DNA of 64,000 nt from Candidatus Kapaibacterium sp. (lineage in GTDB: Bacteria; Bacteroidota; Ignavibacteria; Kapaibacteriales; UBA7675), in NCBI GenBank assembly GCA_028284775.1, contig JANQRB010000154.1, forward strand, positions 39,785 through 103,784, in the 5' to 3' direction. Shown here one piece after another: positions 62,641 through 64,000 of the stretch; the stretch's first letter is position 1, and every line of letters begins with the position of its first letter. Both the position numbers and the translations under genes were made by a program. The notes beneath the pieces are model-generated. The model was not told where the DNA came from. It saw only the letters and a list, made by a program, of their open reading frames with translations, and ran no database searches.

Positions 62641-63642
62641 TCAACCGCCCTGCTGAGCGCACAATTGCTCAAGATCAGTCAGTTGTTGCTTTTCGAGCCA
62701 GGCGCACTCGGCAAGCAGAGGGTGTTGCAGCAGCCTGCGCGCTTCGGCAAAACGACGCTGCATTGCGAGACAGACGGCATGCAGATAGAGACGAAAGCCT
62801 TCACGCTGCCCATCCGTGCTCGTAAAAGATATTCTTTTTTCCACTTCGGCCCAATTATCGGATGCTAAGGCAATTTGCGCCAGGCGCAGCGCAGCTATTT
62901 CCCGCTGTTCTTGCGAAAGTTCGCTGCCGGACGCCAGAGCCTGCCGCAAATGATCGGCTGCGGGAACTCGATCCTCGCCGGCGAATTCGGCCAGGCCCAG
63001 GTGGTAGAGAAGCCAGGGATCCTCGGGATGGCTCTGCAGTTCCTGACGCAGCAAGTCCGCGTTTCGGGCTGCCTTGGCGGGATCATTGCCTGCATAACCG
63101 CGATGGTCGATGCGCAGGTTTGAGTCGGCGATGTGGAAGCCGGTATCCCGAATGGCAGCGGCGATTTGTTCGTGTATGGCGCCGCGATACCGAATGGCAG
63201 GATGCCGCCGGAACAGACGGGTGTAGCGATGTTCCTGGTAGCGATCACTTTTAGGGTCACCATCGAGGTAGTTGCGGATACCGACGCTAATGCCGCCACA
63301 TAGAGGATCGCTCAGTAGCGGTCCTAGTTCTTCTGTTGCGTACGATGCTAGAGTTTCGTCGGCATCGAGCGTCAGTATCCAGCGGCAGCGCATGGCCTTC
63401 AGGCCATAATTGCGCGCGGCGGCGAAGTCGTCCTTCCATTGGAAAAAATGAAGCTCCGCGCCATGACGAGCGCAGATGCGCGGCGTTGAATCACTCGATC
63501 CGGTGTCGACAATGACAAGCTGTCGCAACAGAGGACGCATGGAAGCAATCGCGTCGGCAATGAACTGTTCTTCATTCCTGACGATGATCAAGCCGCCAAT
63601 GTCGAGATCTGAAGATGTTGCGTATGGAGCTGCCTGGGACAT
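62641..63642 (-). CDS. GT2 plus TPR glycosyltransferase
   Basis: IVRNEE, DTGSSD, WKDDFAAARN, LDADE, IHEQ, H.GY. Confidence 0.9.
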   Translation of the reverse strand: MSQAAPYATSSDLDIGGLIIVRNEEQFIADAIASMRPLLRQLVIVDTGSSDSTPRICARHGAELHFFQWKDDFAAARNYGLKAMRCRWILTLDADETLASYATEELGPLLSDPLCGGISVGIRNYLDGDPKSDRYQEHRYTRLFRRHPAIRYRGAIHEQIAAAIRDTGFHIADSNLRIDHRGYAGNDPAKAARNADLLRQELQSHPEDPWLLYHLGLAEFAGEDRVPAADHLRQALASGSELSQEQREIAALRLAQIALASDNWAEVEKRISFTSTDGQREGFRLYLHAVCLAMQRRFAEARRLLQHPLLAECAWLEKQQLTDLEQLCAQQGG

Positions 63643-63652
63643 AGCGGAAGCA

Positions 63653-63682
63653 GAAAAAGGCAGCCATCATCGATGACTGCCT
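63653..63682 (-). terminator. Probable rpsU terminator
   Basis: AGGCAG/CTGCCT stem with a T-run on the minus strand. Confidence 0.6.
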
Positions 63683-63713
63683 GTACAAGTTCGCTCGTGA
63701 ACAAGAAGGGCGC

Positions 63714-63914
63714 CTAGGCCTGTTCTACCGAAATCCGGTGCTGGCGGCGGATAGCTTTTAATCGAGACAGCCGCTTCTGGATGGACGGTTTGGTAAAATT
63801 ACGACGCTTTTTGAATTCCTTGAGGACACCGCTGCGTTCGTACTTCTTCTTGAAGCGGCGCAGCGCCTTGTCGACGGATTCGTTGTCCTGAATAGTTACG
63901 CCAATCACTGGCAT
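63714..63914 (-). CDS. rpsU: 30S ribosomal protein S21
   Basis: NESVDKALRRFKKK..GVLKE..KPS. Confidence 0.95.
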   Translation of the reverse strand: MPVIGVTIQDNESVDKALRRFKKKYERSGVLKEFKKRRNFTKPSIQKRLSRLKAIRRQHRISVEQA

Positions 63915-64000
63915 TCACCTCACATATAAAACGTATGGAAAATTAGTCGCTTGTTCTTAAAGCGCCGATGCCCCGAGGCGTTCGATCAAACGCTTCATTT

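Overview
Chromosomal window from an FCB-group (Bacteroidota-like, possibly Kapabacteria/Ignavibacteria) bacterium. The taxonomic call is inferred from several T9SS-type C-terminal domains, bat genes, TAnnTTTG-type promoter boxes and a LytTR/propeller-kinase pair. Most of the window is housekeeping or common accessory content: eno 3' end, PGM/PMM, an EF-G paralog, ferritin, moxR/bat genes, lysA, sdpRI, archease and rtcB, uvrA, priA, an htrA-like protease, lptB, GT2-TPR glycosyltransferases and rpsU. The most unusual locus is about 20.0-23.7 kb. An uncharacterised 519-aa all-helical protein (putative HTH/TPR-like) lies divergent from a 68-aa acidic peptide with a hydrophobic N-terminus, across an AT-rich spacer with repeated operator-like sites. 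The peptide gene is followed by a tandem array of three ~90-nt units. Each unit has a conserved box (AATACGACT-NN-GATAG), a long covarying hairpin with G-U pairs only on the + strand, and a T-run. A near-identical box recurs on the opposite strand between archease and rtcB. Also notable: the bat operon is split into two convergent halves, and two copies of a CTAG-flanked MITE-like element are present, one at that junction. All calls were made by eye from the sequence; no database searches were run.
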